A stretch of 63,997 bases of DNA, filler included, from Licmophora abbreviata (Eukaryota), in assembly GCA_900291995.1 (NCBI GenBank). It is 17 parts of 17 records of this genome, joined end to end, with 100 filler letters (N's around TTAATTAATTAA, not from the genome) between each part and the next. Parts side by side here need not be neighbours in the genome. Positions count along the whole stretch, not along the records: positions 8,926 to 14,676 come from OLMU01002249.1; positions 14,777 to 16,245 come from OLMU01002250.1; positions 16,346 to 31,614 come from OLMU01002251.1; 14 more parts are not named here. One strand, given 5' to 3'. Within the stretch, counting starts at the first letter, position 1, and each line of letters opens with the position of its first letter. Made by a program: the position numbers and the translations under genes. This document shows, piece by piece, positions 10,509-21,054 of the stretch. The notes beneath the pieces are model-generated. The model saw nothing but the letters and a program-made list of their open reading frames with translations. It was not told where the DNA came from and did no database searches.

Positions 10509-11270
10509 TCAGAATGCCTTGAGCAAGCGTGTCGTTTCGGGATCAAGAAACCCTGCAATCGTCGCCTCGGTCTCAAGGTCGAGCGCCTGTCTCAAGGCTC
10601 CGGCCGTGGTCTGGTTGAGCACGCGTTTCATCGCCCGGACCGACAGGATCGGCAGGCTGGCCAAATGCTCGGCGTGCCTGTGCGCCTCGGCTAGCAAATC
10701 GGCATCCTCCACCACTTTCCACGCCACTCCGCAAGCCTGTAACTCAGCCGCCGAATAACGCTGCCCCAGAAACAGCATCTCGCGCGCCTTGAGAGGTCCG
10801 GTGATCGCGGGCAGAATGGCTGTGACAGCGCCTGTCACGAACAGGTTGAGAGAGACTTCGGGAAAAAACGCCCTGGCGCTTTTCGCCCAGATCGGGAAAT
10901 CACAGTTGATCGCCCATTCAAAGCCACCACCGACCGCCCAGCCATTGATCGCTCCGACGACGGGTTTTTGGCCGAATATGATCGAAACGGTTGCGCGCTG
11001 GATCGCCGTGACCAGATCGCGGGCGCAGGCCTCGCTTTCGGGGTGCTGGTGTTCGTTGCGGTCATCCCCCGCGCAAAAGGCCCGTCCCTGCCCCGTGAAG
11101 ATGATCGCGCGCGTTTCCGGGTCGCGGTTGGCATCGTCGAAAGCCAGCGCCACATCGTCGATCAGGCGCCGGTTCATCGCGTTCAGACAGTCAGGCCGGT
11201 TGAGCGCAATGGTCCGCACGCCGTCGCCTGTCATGCTCGACAGGACCGTATCGTAGGTGAAATCGGTCAT
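10509..11270 (-). CDS. Enoyl-CoA hydratase/isomerase family protein
   Basis: LNRPDCLNAM, GRAFCAGDD, AINGWAVGGGFE, FFPE. Confidence 0.9.
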   Translation of the reverse strand: MTDFTYDTVLSSMTGDGVRTIALNRPDCLNAMNRRLIDDVALAFDDANRDPETRAIIFTGQGRAFCAGDDRNEHQHPESEACARDLVTAIQRATVSIIFGQKPVVGAINGWAVGGGFEWAINCDFPIWAKSARAFFPEVSLNLFVTGAVTAILPAITGPLKAREMLFLGQRYSAAELQACGVAWKVVEDADLLAEAHRHAEHLASLPILSVRAMKRVLNQTTAGALRQALDLETEATIAGFLDPETTRLLKAF

Positions 11271-12571
11271 GAATAGCTCCTGATGACACGTTTGGTCTTG
11301 CCCTCGGTCACAGGCAATGTGCCGGGTTGCAGGATTGTCGCCCGGATCGTCGCGCCAAGCTTGGCCTTGAAGGCCTGTTCCAGCCGGTGCGCCAGCGTGC
11401 CGTCATCGGCCCGGTTTCTGGCAAGTTCGACTTGCACCGGCAGCACATGATGCGGCGGCGGCGTGTCCAGAACGATCCGGTAATCGCCAGAAAGCTCGGC
11501 AAACTCCGACACGACGGCAGCGACCATCGTGGGGAACATGTTCAACCCGCGCACCACGATCATGTCATCGGACCGCCCCACAACGCGAAACCGCATGCCC
11601 GTGCATCCGCAGCGGCACGGCTCGGTCGCGTCGATCGTGATGATGTCCCCGGTGCGAAACCGCACCAGCGGCTGACAGTCGCGTGCCAGATGCGTCAACA
11701 CCAACTCGCCCGTGGCACCAGATGCGATCTGGATGGGGTCGGTGGTTTCGGGGTTGATCAATTCGGCATGCAAGACATCATGCGCCACGAAATGCAGCGC
11801 GGTATCATGCGCGCATTGGGCCGCGAAATTGCAGAACACGTCCGATACACCGTAATTCGAATTGCGCGGCTCCATACCCCAGGTGTCGCGAAACCTTTGG
11901 CGATAGCTGGGATCGTCCAGCCCCGCCTCTCCCCCGAAAAGCCCCAGTTTCAAGCCCAGATCGGCAGGAGAGAGGTTCGCGAATTTCTCGGCGATCACCC
12001 GCTCCAGCACCGGTGGATAGGACGGTGTGCAGGAAATCGCGGTAATCCCAACCTCCTGTATGGTGCGCACCAATAATTCCGTTGCCCCGACGCCGAAGGG
12101 AACGACCGTGGCGCCGGTCCGTTCCAGCGTCATGTGATCGGTAAGCCCACCCATCCACATCTGGTAATTCAGGCAATGCACCACCGTGATGCCCGGCCCC
12201 AGACCGGCGAGCGCCTGCGCGCGGGCGCCGACGATTTCGGTGATCTCGCAATCGCGGGCGCTCATCGCAAGGTTCATCGCCTGCCCGGTGGTGCCGGATG
12301 TGCGGTGCATGCGCGAGACCTTTTCGCGGGGGGCTGCCAGATAATCTCCGTAAGGCGGATGCGCGGGTTGCGACAGCCGAAGCCCCGCCTTGTCCGACAA
12401 GGGCAACTCGGGCAGGTCCTCCAGATCCGCAGGGGGCGCCTTGCCGTCCCAAAGCCGTTGGTAGAAAGCGGAATGGGCCGCCACATGGGCGCTTTGCCGC
12501 GCCCAGGCCTCATGCCTGTGGGACGCAAGATCACTCAGAGCGATGCGGTGGCCATGGTGAACAAGGCTCAT
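11267..12571 (-). CDS. Phenylacetate-CoA ligase (PaaK) family protein
   Basis: HRTSGTTG, YGVSD, RFRTGD, GRSDDMIVVRGLNMFP, GKTKRV. Confidence 0.88.
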   Translation of the reverse strand: MSLVHHGHRIALSDLASHRHEAWARQSAHVAAHSAFYQRLWDGKAPPADLEDLPELPLSDKAGLRLSQPAHPPYGDYLAAPREKVSRMHRTSGTTGQAMNLAMSARDCEITEIVGARAQALAGLGPGITVVHCLNYQMWMGGLTDHMTLERTGATVVPFGVGATELLVRTIQEVGITAISCTPSYPPVLERVIAEKFANLSPADLGLKLGLFGGEAGLDDPSYRQRFRDTWGMEPRNSNYGVSDVFCNFAAQCAHDTALHFVAHDVLHAELINPETTDPIQIASGATGELVLTHLARDCQPLVRFRTGDIITIDATEPCRCGCTGMRFRVVGRSDDMIVVRGLNMFPTMVAAVVSEFAELSGDYRIVLDTPPPHHVLPVQVELARNRADDGTLAHRLEQAFKAKLGATIRATILQPGTLPVTEGKTKRVIRSYS

Positions 12572-13236
12572 TGCGCCATCCCCCGTTTCCAAAGATCCGT
12601 CAGCATATCGACCACTTCGGTACGGTCCTGCGACAAGTCCCGCACCCATGGATCGTCGGTCACAAAAAGCGCTGTCAGATATTGATCGACCATGCCGCCA
12701 AGCGCATAAGCCCGGCGCATCAGATCAGGTCTCGAGCGCGGCGCCCCCTTGTCGGAGCGCATCGCACTGCCGACCACAGCTTCGATCCAGTCATGGTTGA
12801 GCCGCTGGAACGCAGCGCGCGCCTCTGGAAACGCGTCTCCGGCGGCCACGAGGCTTTTCATCAGGGCCGGGTGCGCCTCGAAGACCAGCATATAGGCTTC
12901 CGTCGTGTTTCGCGTCGTATCCCCGGCACATCGCGCCGCCGCGCGCATCTGAAGTTGCACAAAATCGACGAACGCCCCCAGAACCGCGCCCACCAGATCG
13001 TTCCTGTCCTTGAAATAGAGATAAAAGGTCCCGTGCGCCACGCCCGCCACCTTGCAGATCGCCGAGACCGTCAACCGCTCCAGCGGATTGTGCGAAAGAA
13101 AGCTGCTGCCCGCGATCAATAGATCAATCCGGGTTCTGTCTCCCTTGCGCAGCGCCTCGCGGCCTTCGGCCAGCCATTCGCAAAACCCGTCTTCCGACTT
13201 GCCGTTCTGGGCGGCGATTTTCTTGTTTTGAATCAT
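12568..13236 (-). CDS. TetR/AcrR family transcriptional regulator
   Basis: HTH TVSAICKVAGVAHGTFYLYFKDR; ATGA overlap with ligase gene. Confidence 0.9.
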   Translation of the reverse strand: MIQNKKIAAQNGKSEDGFCEWLAEGREALRKGDRTRIDLLIAGSSFLSHNPLERLTVSAICKVAGVAHGTFYLYFKDRNDLVGAVLGAFVDFVQLQMRAAARCAGDTTRNTTEAYMLVFEAHPALMKSLVAAGDAFPEARAAFQRLNHDWIEAVVGSAMRSDKGAPRSRPDLMRRAYALGGMVDQYLTALFVTDDPWVRDLSQDRTEVVDMLTDLWKRGMAQ

Positions 13237-13256
13237 GGCATGCCCTTTAAATACTG

Positions 13257-13278
13257 AAACTGATATCATCATCAGTTT
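13257..13278. promoter_or_regulatory. Putative TetR operator AAACTGAT-N6-ATCAGTTT
   Basis: Perfect 8-bp inverted repeat about 20 bp upstream of the TetR start. Confidence 0.65.
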
Positions 13279-13599
13279 TTGATTGCGTCAAGGCGTCAGG
13301 GAAACTCAGGACTCGGATTTTCGGATCAGGTGACGGGTGGCCGCATCGCCTGCGCCTTGCGACAGCGAAACGGCACGCTTCCCCTGCCCGCCTTCACCCT
13401 CGCCCCCTATCCACCGGCCCCTTCGCCAGCAGGTCGATCCGGGCTTGGCACGATATCTGCATCTGTCTGCTCAACCCAAACTTGCAGAAGGCAAAGTGTC
13501 ATGGAAGCGCCAATTCCTCTTGCGGCATCGAACGATACGGCCCCAGTGGTCGTGCCGCCCCTGCCCCTCGCTGCCCTCATGACGTTCGGGGGGTGAGCC

Positions 13600-16500
13600 A
13601 TGCGGTACACTATGGCGATCAACACAACCGGCAAGACCTATGTCAATCCCGACGAGGTCATTCCTGCCAGCGCCTTTGGCGCCGAATTTCTTGGATGGGA
13701 ACCGTTCTCGAATTTTGTGGCACGGAATGAGGAACTGAACCTGCCTCATATTCGCTGGCCCGGTGGCATCCCGGTTGAAGAAGGCATCAACATCGATGGC
13801 AGCCCGGATGGGTCCCGAGAGCATGTCTTCGATCTGAAGTTCGACAATCTGGTTGAATGGGATCGGAACAATGGCGACCCGCGCGAAGGCATCAAGGAGA
13901 TGTTCGCCTATGCCAACGAGACTGGCGCCACCTTTGCGATGGTGACCCCTACGGCGCGCTACGTGGAAAAAATGTTCAAGCAAGGCGACGAGGCTGGCCT
14001 TGCCGAGGCCCGCGCCGACGCGCGCATCTTCGCGGAAAAGCTGGTCGCCGGAGAATACGGCGCAGTGCCTGCGGGGTTCACCATCGAAGTCGGCAGCGAA
14101 TATTATGCCACTGGCATCTGGAAAGAGAGGACATCAGACGAAAGCGGTCGGCCCTATCAGAAGGATCCCGGCCCACTTGCCGAAAAGTTCGGCAAGGTCT
14201 TTGCCGCAGTCGTCGATGAAATGGGTGAAGTGTTCGCCGACCCCACCCTCAACGTCGATGGAACCGAGGTCAAGCTGGCCGTGCAACTGGCGCGCCATCA
14301 GGCCGATCCCAGCCAGAATGGCGGCGATTTTTCGGACAACGTGGATTTCATCGAGGCGTTCATCGACACTGGCGCCATCGACAAGGTCGATACGCTTCTG
14401 TTCCACAAATACACGCCAACATTCGACAATATCAGCCGCGGCATGGATGAAGATGCAAACGGTTATCGTCTGGATGATGCCTTTGCCCTTTGGGAACAGG
14501 CCAGCGGCGGCAAGGAATTCGAGTTTCTGGGAGGGTATCTTTCACCGTCGGCCGGTTCCGAAGAGCGGCTTGAATACGGCGCACCGGGGCTGACCAACCT
14601 GTTGCAGGTGAATGCCCAGTTTCTGGCCGCGGGCATGGATGTCGGTACGGTCTATGCCATCGGTCACAGCAATGGCNNNNNNNNNNNNNNNNNNNNNNNN
14701 NNNNNNNNNNNNNNNNNNNNTTAATTAATTAANNNNNNNNNNNNNNNNNNNNNNNNNNNNNNNNNNNNNNNNNNNNCTCTCTTGGCTGGCGAGAGGAGCT
14801 GCTGGTGGGAGGCAAATTGTTCGACCTGATGGGCGAAAGCATCCCCGGGAAGTTTCTCTATGACGGGTTTCAGGACAATATTTCGAACGTGGCCGACCTT
14901 GGCAGGTCCTATATCGGCGGCAACCACGTAAACAGCTATGTGTATGGCAATGACACCGAGGTGACCGTCTTTCTTGCGGCCAGCGACTTTACCGGAGAGC
15001 AGCTGGATTACCGACTCAAGTTCGACGAAAGTTTTCTCAACGCCGAGATCACGCATCTCTGGGCCACGGGAGAGCAACTGTTTCATCCCGGCGATGGCGA
15101 GCTGATCGGAAGTTTTGGCGACTCGCTCAGTTACACGATCGACCTGATGTCATCAGAGAGCCCCTCGAGCCTCGATGTCACGTTCGAGCATGATTACGAG
15201 GTGGTGCGCATTGTGCTCGAGAAATCCGAGCCAGTGACGTTTGAAACACTCGTTTTGGATGCGCCTCTCGAGGCGGCGCCTGTCGGGATGCTTCTGGCCT
15301 CGGCTGCGGTTTCGACCTCGGCCTCGGACGCACCCGAGGATGACTTATTGCTCGGGACCGATGCGGCGGACCGGATCAATGGCAAGCTCGGCAATGACAC
15401 GGTCTGGGGCGTCGCCGGAGACGACACGGTGAAAGGTGGCTGGGGTGACGACATTGTCGATGGTGGCGCTGGCGATGACAAGGTCACCGGGGACTGGGGC
15501 AATGACCAGCTGTTCGGCGGGGATGGCAATGACATCATTTTCGGCGGCGCAGGCGACAATGTTCTATTTGGCGGTGCAGGTAACGACCGTCTTGTCGCCA
15601 CGGGGCGGCGCGACATTCTGGACGGCGGTGCTGGCAATGACACGTTCATCGCCGCGGCCCAGACAACCATCCTCAAATTCACCACAGGCCAGACCATCGG
15701 CGCTCGACAGGAAGTCGATACCGTCCATGACTTCGTTTTGGGTCAGGATGTCATCGAAATAGACGGGTTGAATTTCTCGGATCGCGACGACGGGTTTTCA
15801 AGTGCTGACTTCCTGCGTGAGACTGCGAGCATTCGAGGAAAAAATCTCAAGATCGCTCTCAACGAGGGCCATACCATTGTTCTGAAGGATCTGGTCTCGC
15901 AGCTTCCCGGCACGTCGGACGTTGTCGATTTTCGCCAGATTTTCGAAGCCTCAAACACCGCGCGCCAGGAGATCATAGACGAAGTGCCCCAGACACCCCA
16001 TGACTGGATCCATGCCGGTGAAGGCAATGACGTCATGACCGGCAGCGCGGCTTTCGATCGGCTCAATGGTGAGCTTGGTGATGACACGATTTCAGGCGGA
16101 GCCGGAAACGACACGGTCAAGGGCGGCTGGGGCAACGATCGGGTCGATGGCGGGTCTGGCGATGACCGCGTGACAGGCGATTGGGGCGATGACCTTCTGT
16201 TTGGCGGCAGCGGCGATGATACGATCTTCGGCGGCGACGGGTCCGNNNNNNNNNNNNNNNNNNNNNNNNNNNNNNNNNNNNNNNNNNNNTTAATTAATTA
16301 ANNNNNNNNNNNNNNNNNNNNNNNNNNNNNNNNNNNNNNNNNNNNTGTTTGGCGGCAGCGGCGATGATACGATCTTCGGCGGCGACGGGTCCGACAGCCT
16401 CTTCGGAGGTGACGGCGATGACCGGCTTGTCGCATCGGGACAAACGGATTTCCTTGCAGGCGGTGCGGGCAACGACACGCTGGAAGCCGGGGCAGAGACG

Positions 16501-16992
16501 ACGATCCTGTCATTTACCGTCAATAATACACCATTCGGCCCTGTCGAGACCGATATCGTGCATGGCTTCACCTTGGGACAGGATTTTCTCGAGGTCGACG
16601 GACTGGATTTCGACGATGAGAATGGCCAGCAGTCTCGGGAAGAGTTCATGCTCGACAATGCCAGTATTCGCGGCAAAAACCTTGAGATCAGGCTGAGCGA
16701 AGATCATACGGTGATCTTGAAAAACGTCACTGCGCAAATCCCGGGCGATCCGTCAGTGGCTGATTTCCAGCAGATCTTCGGACTTGGCATGTCATCATCT
16801 TCCCCCGAAGATGAGCCGTACTCCCTTAGTAGCTTGCTGACCCAAGAGCCAGCCGAGACCGGCGCTGCATCACTGGAGCTGTTTTTCCTGGAGATGACTG
16901 GGGGACAGCTGGAAACCGCAGCACAGGAGCAGATGGACAAGGAAGCTGAAGACACGACCGCAAACGATCCATGGGCCTTCCTTTTCGCCTAA
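13600..16992 (+). CDS. Large RTX/type I-secreted protein with N-terminal clan GH-A-like domain (split by two gaps)
   Basis: HIRWPGG and IEVGSEYY motifs; many GGxGxD nonapeptides; 48 bp before gap 16246 are identical to the 48 bp after it and the frame runs on to the stop at 16992. Confidence 0.75.
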
Positions 16993-17447
16993 GCTTTGGC
17001 ATCGCGGGTGATTTAGCGAACCATTAAGGGCCTGATCCAGCGACCTGAGATCGAGCCCCCGCATGACACCGCCTGTCGTCGCGTCTGGATTTGTGGGAAA
17101 GGCAGTGGCGCACCGTAGCGGCAGAAGATGAGAAGTGGCAAGTTGTTCTGATGCGGTGAGTGAGATTGCAGGAATTTGCTTGAGTGCCACCCGGCTGAGA
17201 AATCATCGCCGAGAAGGTCGACTTGCCTCGAGCCGCCCGAAGTCGGCCGAGAGTGAAAACCCCGAGCTGATCGACCGCGACGACGAGAACCCGTTCTGAC
17301 AGAATGGGGACACCCCCTCGGGCCCGACGGGGAAACCCGCCGGGTCTTATCGGTCTCGGATCATAACGGATCTTCTGAACCCCTCGGTTCTTAATCGAAT
17401 GCCGCTCGCGAAGTGCATGGCTGAGAATGCGTGACTCAAACCAGCCC

Positions 17448-17753
17448 TTATTTAATGGAGGATGCCCATGCCTGAAAATCCTTGAAAAGCCGCCGAATAC
17501 CTTCGCTGGAAATGACCCAGTCAGCTTTTGACTCTTTGAACCACAAGTCCTCAAGGTCCACATGCTCGTTAGACAACAGTTTGTCGAAAAAAGCATTCAA
17601 TTCACGCACCGCCTCGTCACCATACCTCCGCCGGAAACTCGTGTAGATGTCATGGCGTGCTGTAGGGGAGTCAGCCCCCCAATTCGGATGGACTAAGTCC
17701 ATATCCTGATGGAACTGCAACGTAAAGTCACGGAAGGCCTGCGGCGGTTTCAT
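17448..17753 (-). CDS. Putative immunity protein (CdiI-like)
   Basis: 101-aa helical ORF with FHQD motif starting 1 nt after the toxin stop. Confidence 0.7.
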   Translation of the reverse strand: MKPPQAFRDFTLQFHQDMDLVHPNWGADSPTARHDIYTSFRRRYGDEAVRELNAFFDKLLSNEHVDLEDLWFKESKADWVISSEGIRRLFKDFQAWASSIK

Positions 17754-17754
17754 G

Positions 17755-18813
17755 TTATTCGTCCCTTGGATAGGATGTTGTGATAATGAAGCCGTTCGGC
17801 ATGTCCGGGGCATGGCGAATATATGTTCCCACACCATAGGTTGTCCGCAGCCGAATCGGCGACGAGGCTCTTCGGGTCAACCGATATGCCTCTTGGCCGG
17901 TGATGCTGGAGAAGGTGCTTGTTATGAAAGCGTCCTCCAATCGTCCAGTTGCGACCGCATTCACAATGTCTGCATTGCGGGAAAGGTTCGCATTCGTCAA
18001 CCTCTCGGCGGCCGCGAGCGAGCTGAAGGAACCGTGGCGCCAGCGGTAGACCGTGTAGAACAGCGTCCGGGCTTGCGGCACGGTGACCATGCCGATGAGG
18101 AAAGCCTCGCTCTTGCCGACGTGCAATTCAATCGTGTGCCCGCCCGCGGCCTCATGCTCGGCGAGGTCTTGGAGAGGATAGCCCCCGACTGTGGGAACGT
18201 AATCCACAAGCGTGACATCGTCAGGGGCACTGGGGCTGATCGGCTCTGCATAACACCGACAGTTGTGCGCCTGTCCCGGATGGCCGTCTTCGGGCGGCTC
18301 ATCCCATCGAAACACCTGATCGTCGTATTCGGCGTGGCTGTCGCGCACTTTCGCATCGTCTTGGGAGCGCCAGATGTATCGCTCTATGCCGAGGTCCTGC
18401 TGCCGAAGCTGGTTGATCAGGCCTGCGAAGGCCCGCAGCAGGCGTTCTTCCATTGCGGTTCGCAGGGGGCGAAGGCGCTGCGGATGGGTCTCGTATTCCT
18501 CGAAGATGGCCGTCAACCGCGCATCCCACTGGCGCAGCGCCTCCTCCTTCGCATCCGACACGTCGCGAAGGTCGTCTTCGGACACCCGTGGCACGATGTC
18601 CGGGGGCGTCAGCGCATTCAACAGCATCCGGGTGTTGTCGGCAATCACGCGGTCGAGTTGGTCGGTGAAATCGGCCCGCAGGTCCGTATAGCCGGGAAAA
18701 AGTGACTTGATCGAAATGCCCGCGCGGTAGCCGTACACGGCTCCGTTCTGGCTTGCGAACACGTACTGCCCGCTGCCATCGTGGCGAAGAAATTCCCGTA
18801 GATTGTGCTGCAT
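17755..18813 (-). CDS. MuF (phage head morphogenesis) domain protein with C-terminal RNase A-like CdiA-CT toxin domain
   Basis: MuF motif YIWRSQDDAKVRDSH...HPGQAHNCRC; toxin motif EAAGGHTIELHVGKS...TTSYP; GGAGG RBS before ATG 18813. Confidence 0.8.
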   Translation of the reverse strand: MQHNLREFLRHDGSGQYVFASQNGAVYGYRAGISIKSLFPGYTDLRADFTDQLDRVIADNTRMLLNALTPPDIVPRVSEDDLRDVSDAKEEALRQWDARLTAIFEEYETHPQRLRPLRTAMEERLLRAFAGLINQLRQQDLGIERYIWRSQDDAKVRDSHAEYDDQVFRWDEPPEDGHPGQAHNCRCYAEPISPSAPDDVTLVDYVPTVGGYPLQDLAEHEAAGGHTIELHVGKSEAFLIGMVTVPQARTLFYTVYRWRHGSFSSLAAAERLTNANLSRNADIVNAVATGRLEDAFITSTFSSITGQEAYRLTRRASSPIRLRTTYGVGTYIRHAPDMPNGFIITTSYPRDE

Positions 18814-19190
18814 GGAACCTCCCGCCGACCCGCGCGATGGTTTGTATTGCAGGAGTGTTAAATTACATTCAACCGACGGTGCGTTGCTCCGATCAAGGGT
18901 CATGCTCGCGGACGGCAGCATTCGAAAGATCACCAAAGTGAGAGGCGTGCCGGTTTCCCGGTGAAGGCATGAGGTTTGGGAGAGTGGCTTCCGGCACAGG
19001 TGGGTGGCAGCCGTTTTTTTCATCCGGCCTGATAGCGGGCGGTATCTGTCGGCCGACGATCTCTGGCCCGATGTGACGCCTCGGTCCGAACGCAGCCCCA
19101 TGGAGCTTCCCGGAATCGCCCCTGCAAACGCGCACCGCAAACACACGAGTCTCGCGCAGCAGACACATGAAAAACATGCGAAATGAAAAA

Positions 19191-19267
19191 TGGCGCACCC
19201 AGTAGGATTCGAACCTACGACCTTCGCCTTCGGAGGGCGACACTCTATCCAGCTGAGCTATGGGTGC
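19191..19267 (-). tRNA. tRNA-Arg(CCG)
   Basis: 77-nt cloverleaf GCACCCATAGCTCAGCTGGATAGAG...CT CCG AA...GGTTCGAATCC...GCCA. Confidence 0.97.
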
Positions 19268-19557
19268 CTACTGCTTGCGCAGTGTTTACGCGATCTGTCT
19301 GCGAGTTTAAAGCATAGAACAACAGCCTCGCAAACCATTGTTCAACCGTGTCGGACCAAAGCCTCGCCCACGTCATGCCATTTTGCCACGCCCGTCTGAA
19401 CACCATATGTCCAGCCGAACCATCCGCAAACGCGCACGTCACGGCGTATAGGTCAAAGCACATCACTCTGCAATCGAAAATCCGGCCCTTGGAAGATCGG
19501 CTTGCACAATCCGCCTCATCCGGTCCTTATGCCTGAAACACGAGATAAGGCCTCACC

Positions 19558-21051
19558 ATGACCAAAGCCCCCCTGACGCTGCTGATCTTCCTTCAGGGGG
19601 CCGTTTCGGCCGCCAGCCTCGTCGTTGAGATCGTGGCGGGCCGGATGTTGGCGCCTTATGTGGGCATGTCCTTGTACACATGGACCGCCGTGATTGCCGT
19701 GGTTCTGGCCGGGTTTTCCGTAGGCCACTGGTGGGGCGGCCGGATCGCGGAACGTCCGGCCGATCAAGCACTGCGCCAGACCGGTTGGGCCCTTATGGCT
19801 GCGGCTTTGACCACCGCCGTTGCGGGCCTTTTGCTGCGCGGCAGCGCCGGTCCCTTGCTTGCGGTATTCACCCATCCTGTCTGGGCCATCACCGTTCTTT
19901 GCACGGTGGCGTTCTTCCCGCCCTCGTTTTTCGCCGGCGTTCCCGCGCCGGTCTTTGCGCAAATCGCTGTCACCTCATCGGACCGCGCCGGCCGCGCGCT
20001 TGGCGCTATGTTCGCCTCAGGGGCGATCGGTGCCATTGCCGGAACCTTGCTGGCGGGTTTTCTGTTCATTTCGTGGCTTGGCAGCGCCCTGACTCTGACG
20101 ATCGTGGCTGTCTGCTATGTCATCGCGGCGCTCATTTGCTTTGGGCTGGCCGGGCATGTCCAACGCGGGTTGACGGTTGGCGTCGCGGCCATCGCGCTTG
20201 TGCTGGCGGGCTTCGGTGCGACACTGTCGAGCCCGTGTGACCGCGAAAGCCGCTATTTCTGCATCCGGACCGAGGATATCGCCGCGAATGCCGACCAGCC
20301 GGTCAACCTGATGGTGCTGGATCATCTGGCCCATGGCATTAGTGCCCGCGATCTGCCGCGCGTGATGTTCGGGGATTATTCCGCCATGCTCGACGGGATC
20401 GCCCGGATGCGGATGGGCGATAGGCCGTTCTCGGCCTTCTTTGTGGGCGGAGGGACATTTTCGATCCCAAGGGCCTGGGCGGATCGTGGCATTGGCCCCC
20501 TCACAGTGGCCGAGATCGACCCCGCGGTCACACAGATCGCGGCCCGTGATTTCTGGTTCGACCCCCAATCGGCCACGGTCCTGCACGAAGATGCGCGCCG
20601 TGCCCTGCTGATCCGTCCCGAAGCCCGATATGATGTGATCATTGGCGATGCCTTCACCGATATCGCCGTGCCGCCGCATCTCGTGACGCAGGAGTTTTTC
20701 GAGCTGGTGCGCGACAGGCTTTCCCCCGACGGGCTATTCCTGATGAATGTCATCGATTTCGAGCATCGGATGGACACGCTTGCCGCCCTTTACGCCACGA
20801 TGGACAGCGTATTTCCGCATGTGGAGGTCTGGACCGAGCAACGCCGCCCAGAACCGCAGGAACGCATGGTCTTTGTGCTGGCGGCGTCAGCTGGTCCGGG
20901 GATGTTCGACAGCCTCGAGTTGCCCTCTCCCGAACCCACGCGCTACGGCGTGCTCGCCGACGGCTTCATCCGCTCGCTTGTCGCCGCAAAGTCGCCGGTG
21001 ATCCTTACGGATGATTATGCGCCGATCGACAGGCTTCTCGGCCCGGGCTGA
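19558..21051 (+). CDS. Fused membrane/spermidine synthase-like protein
   Basis: N-terminal TMs (EIVAGRMLAPYVG), VGGGTFS, EIDP, DARR, DAF, C-terminal LTDDYAP. Confidence 0.88.
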   Translation: MTKAPLTLLIFLQGAVSAASLVVEIVAGRMLAPYVGMSLYTWTAVIAVVLAGFSVGHWWGGRIAERPADQALRQTGWALMAAALTTAVAGLLLRGSAGPLLAVFTHPVWAITVLCTVAFFPPSFFAGVPAPVFAQIAVTSSDRAGRALGAMFASGAIGAIAGTLLAGFLFISWLGSALTLTIVAVCYVIAALICFGLAGHVQRGLTVGVAAIALVLAGFGATLSSPCDRESRYFCIRTEDIAANADQPVNLMVLDHLAHGISARDLPRVMFGDYSAMLDGIARMRMGDRPFSAFFVGGGTFSIPRAWADRGIGPLTVAEIDPAVTQIAARDFWFDPQSATVLHEDARRALLIRPEARYDVIIGDAFTDIAVPPHLVTQEFFELVRDRLSPDGLFLMNVIDFEHRMDTLAALYATMDSVFPHVEVWTEQRRPEPQERMVFVLAASAGPGMFDSLELPSPEPTRYGVLADGFIRSLVAAKSPVILTDDYAPIDRLLGPG

Positions 21052-21054
21052 GCG

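Noticed and set aside
17024..17060. TTAAGGGCCTGATCC resembling an IS terminal repeat
   Set aside because: No transposase or matching partner end found
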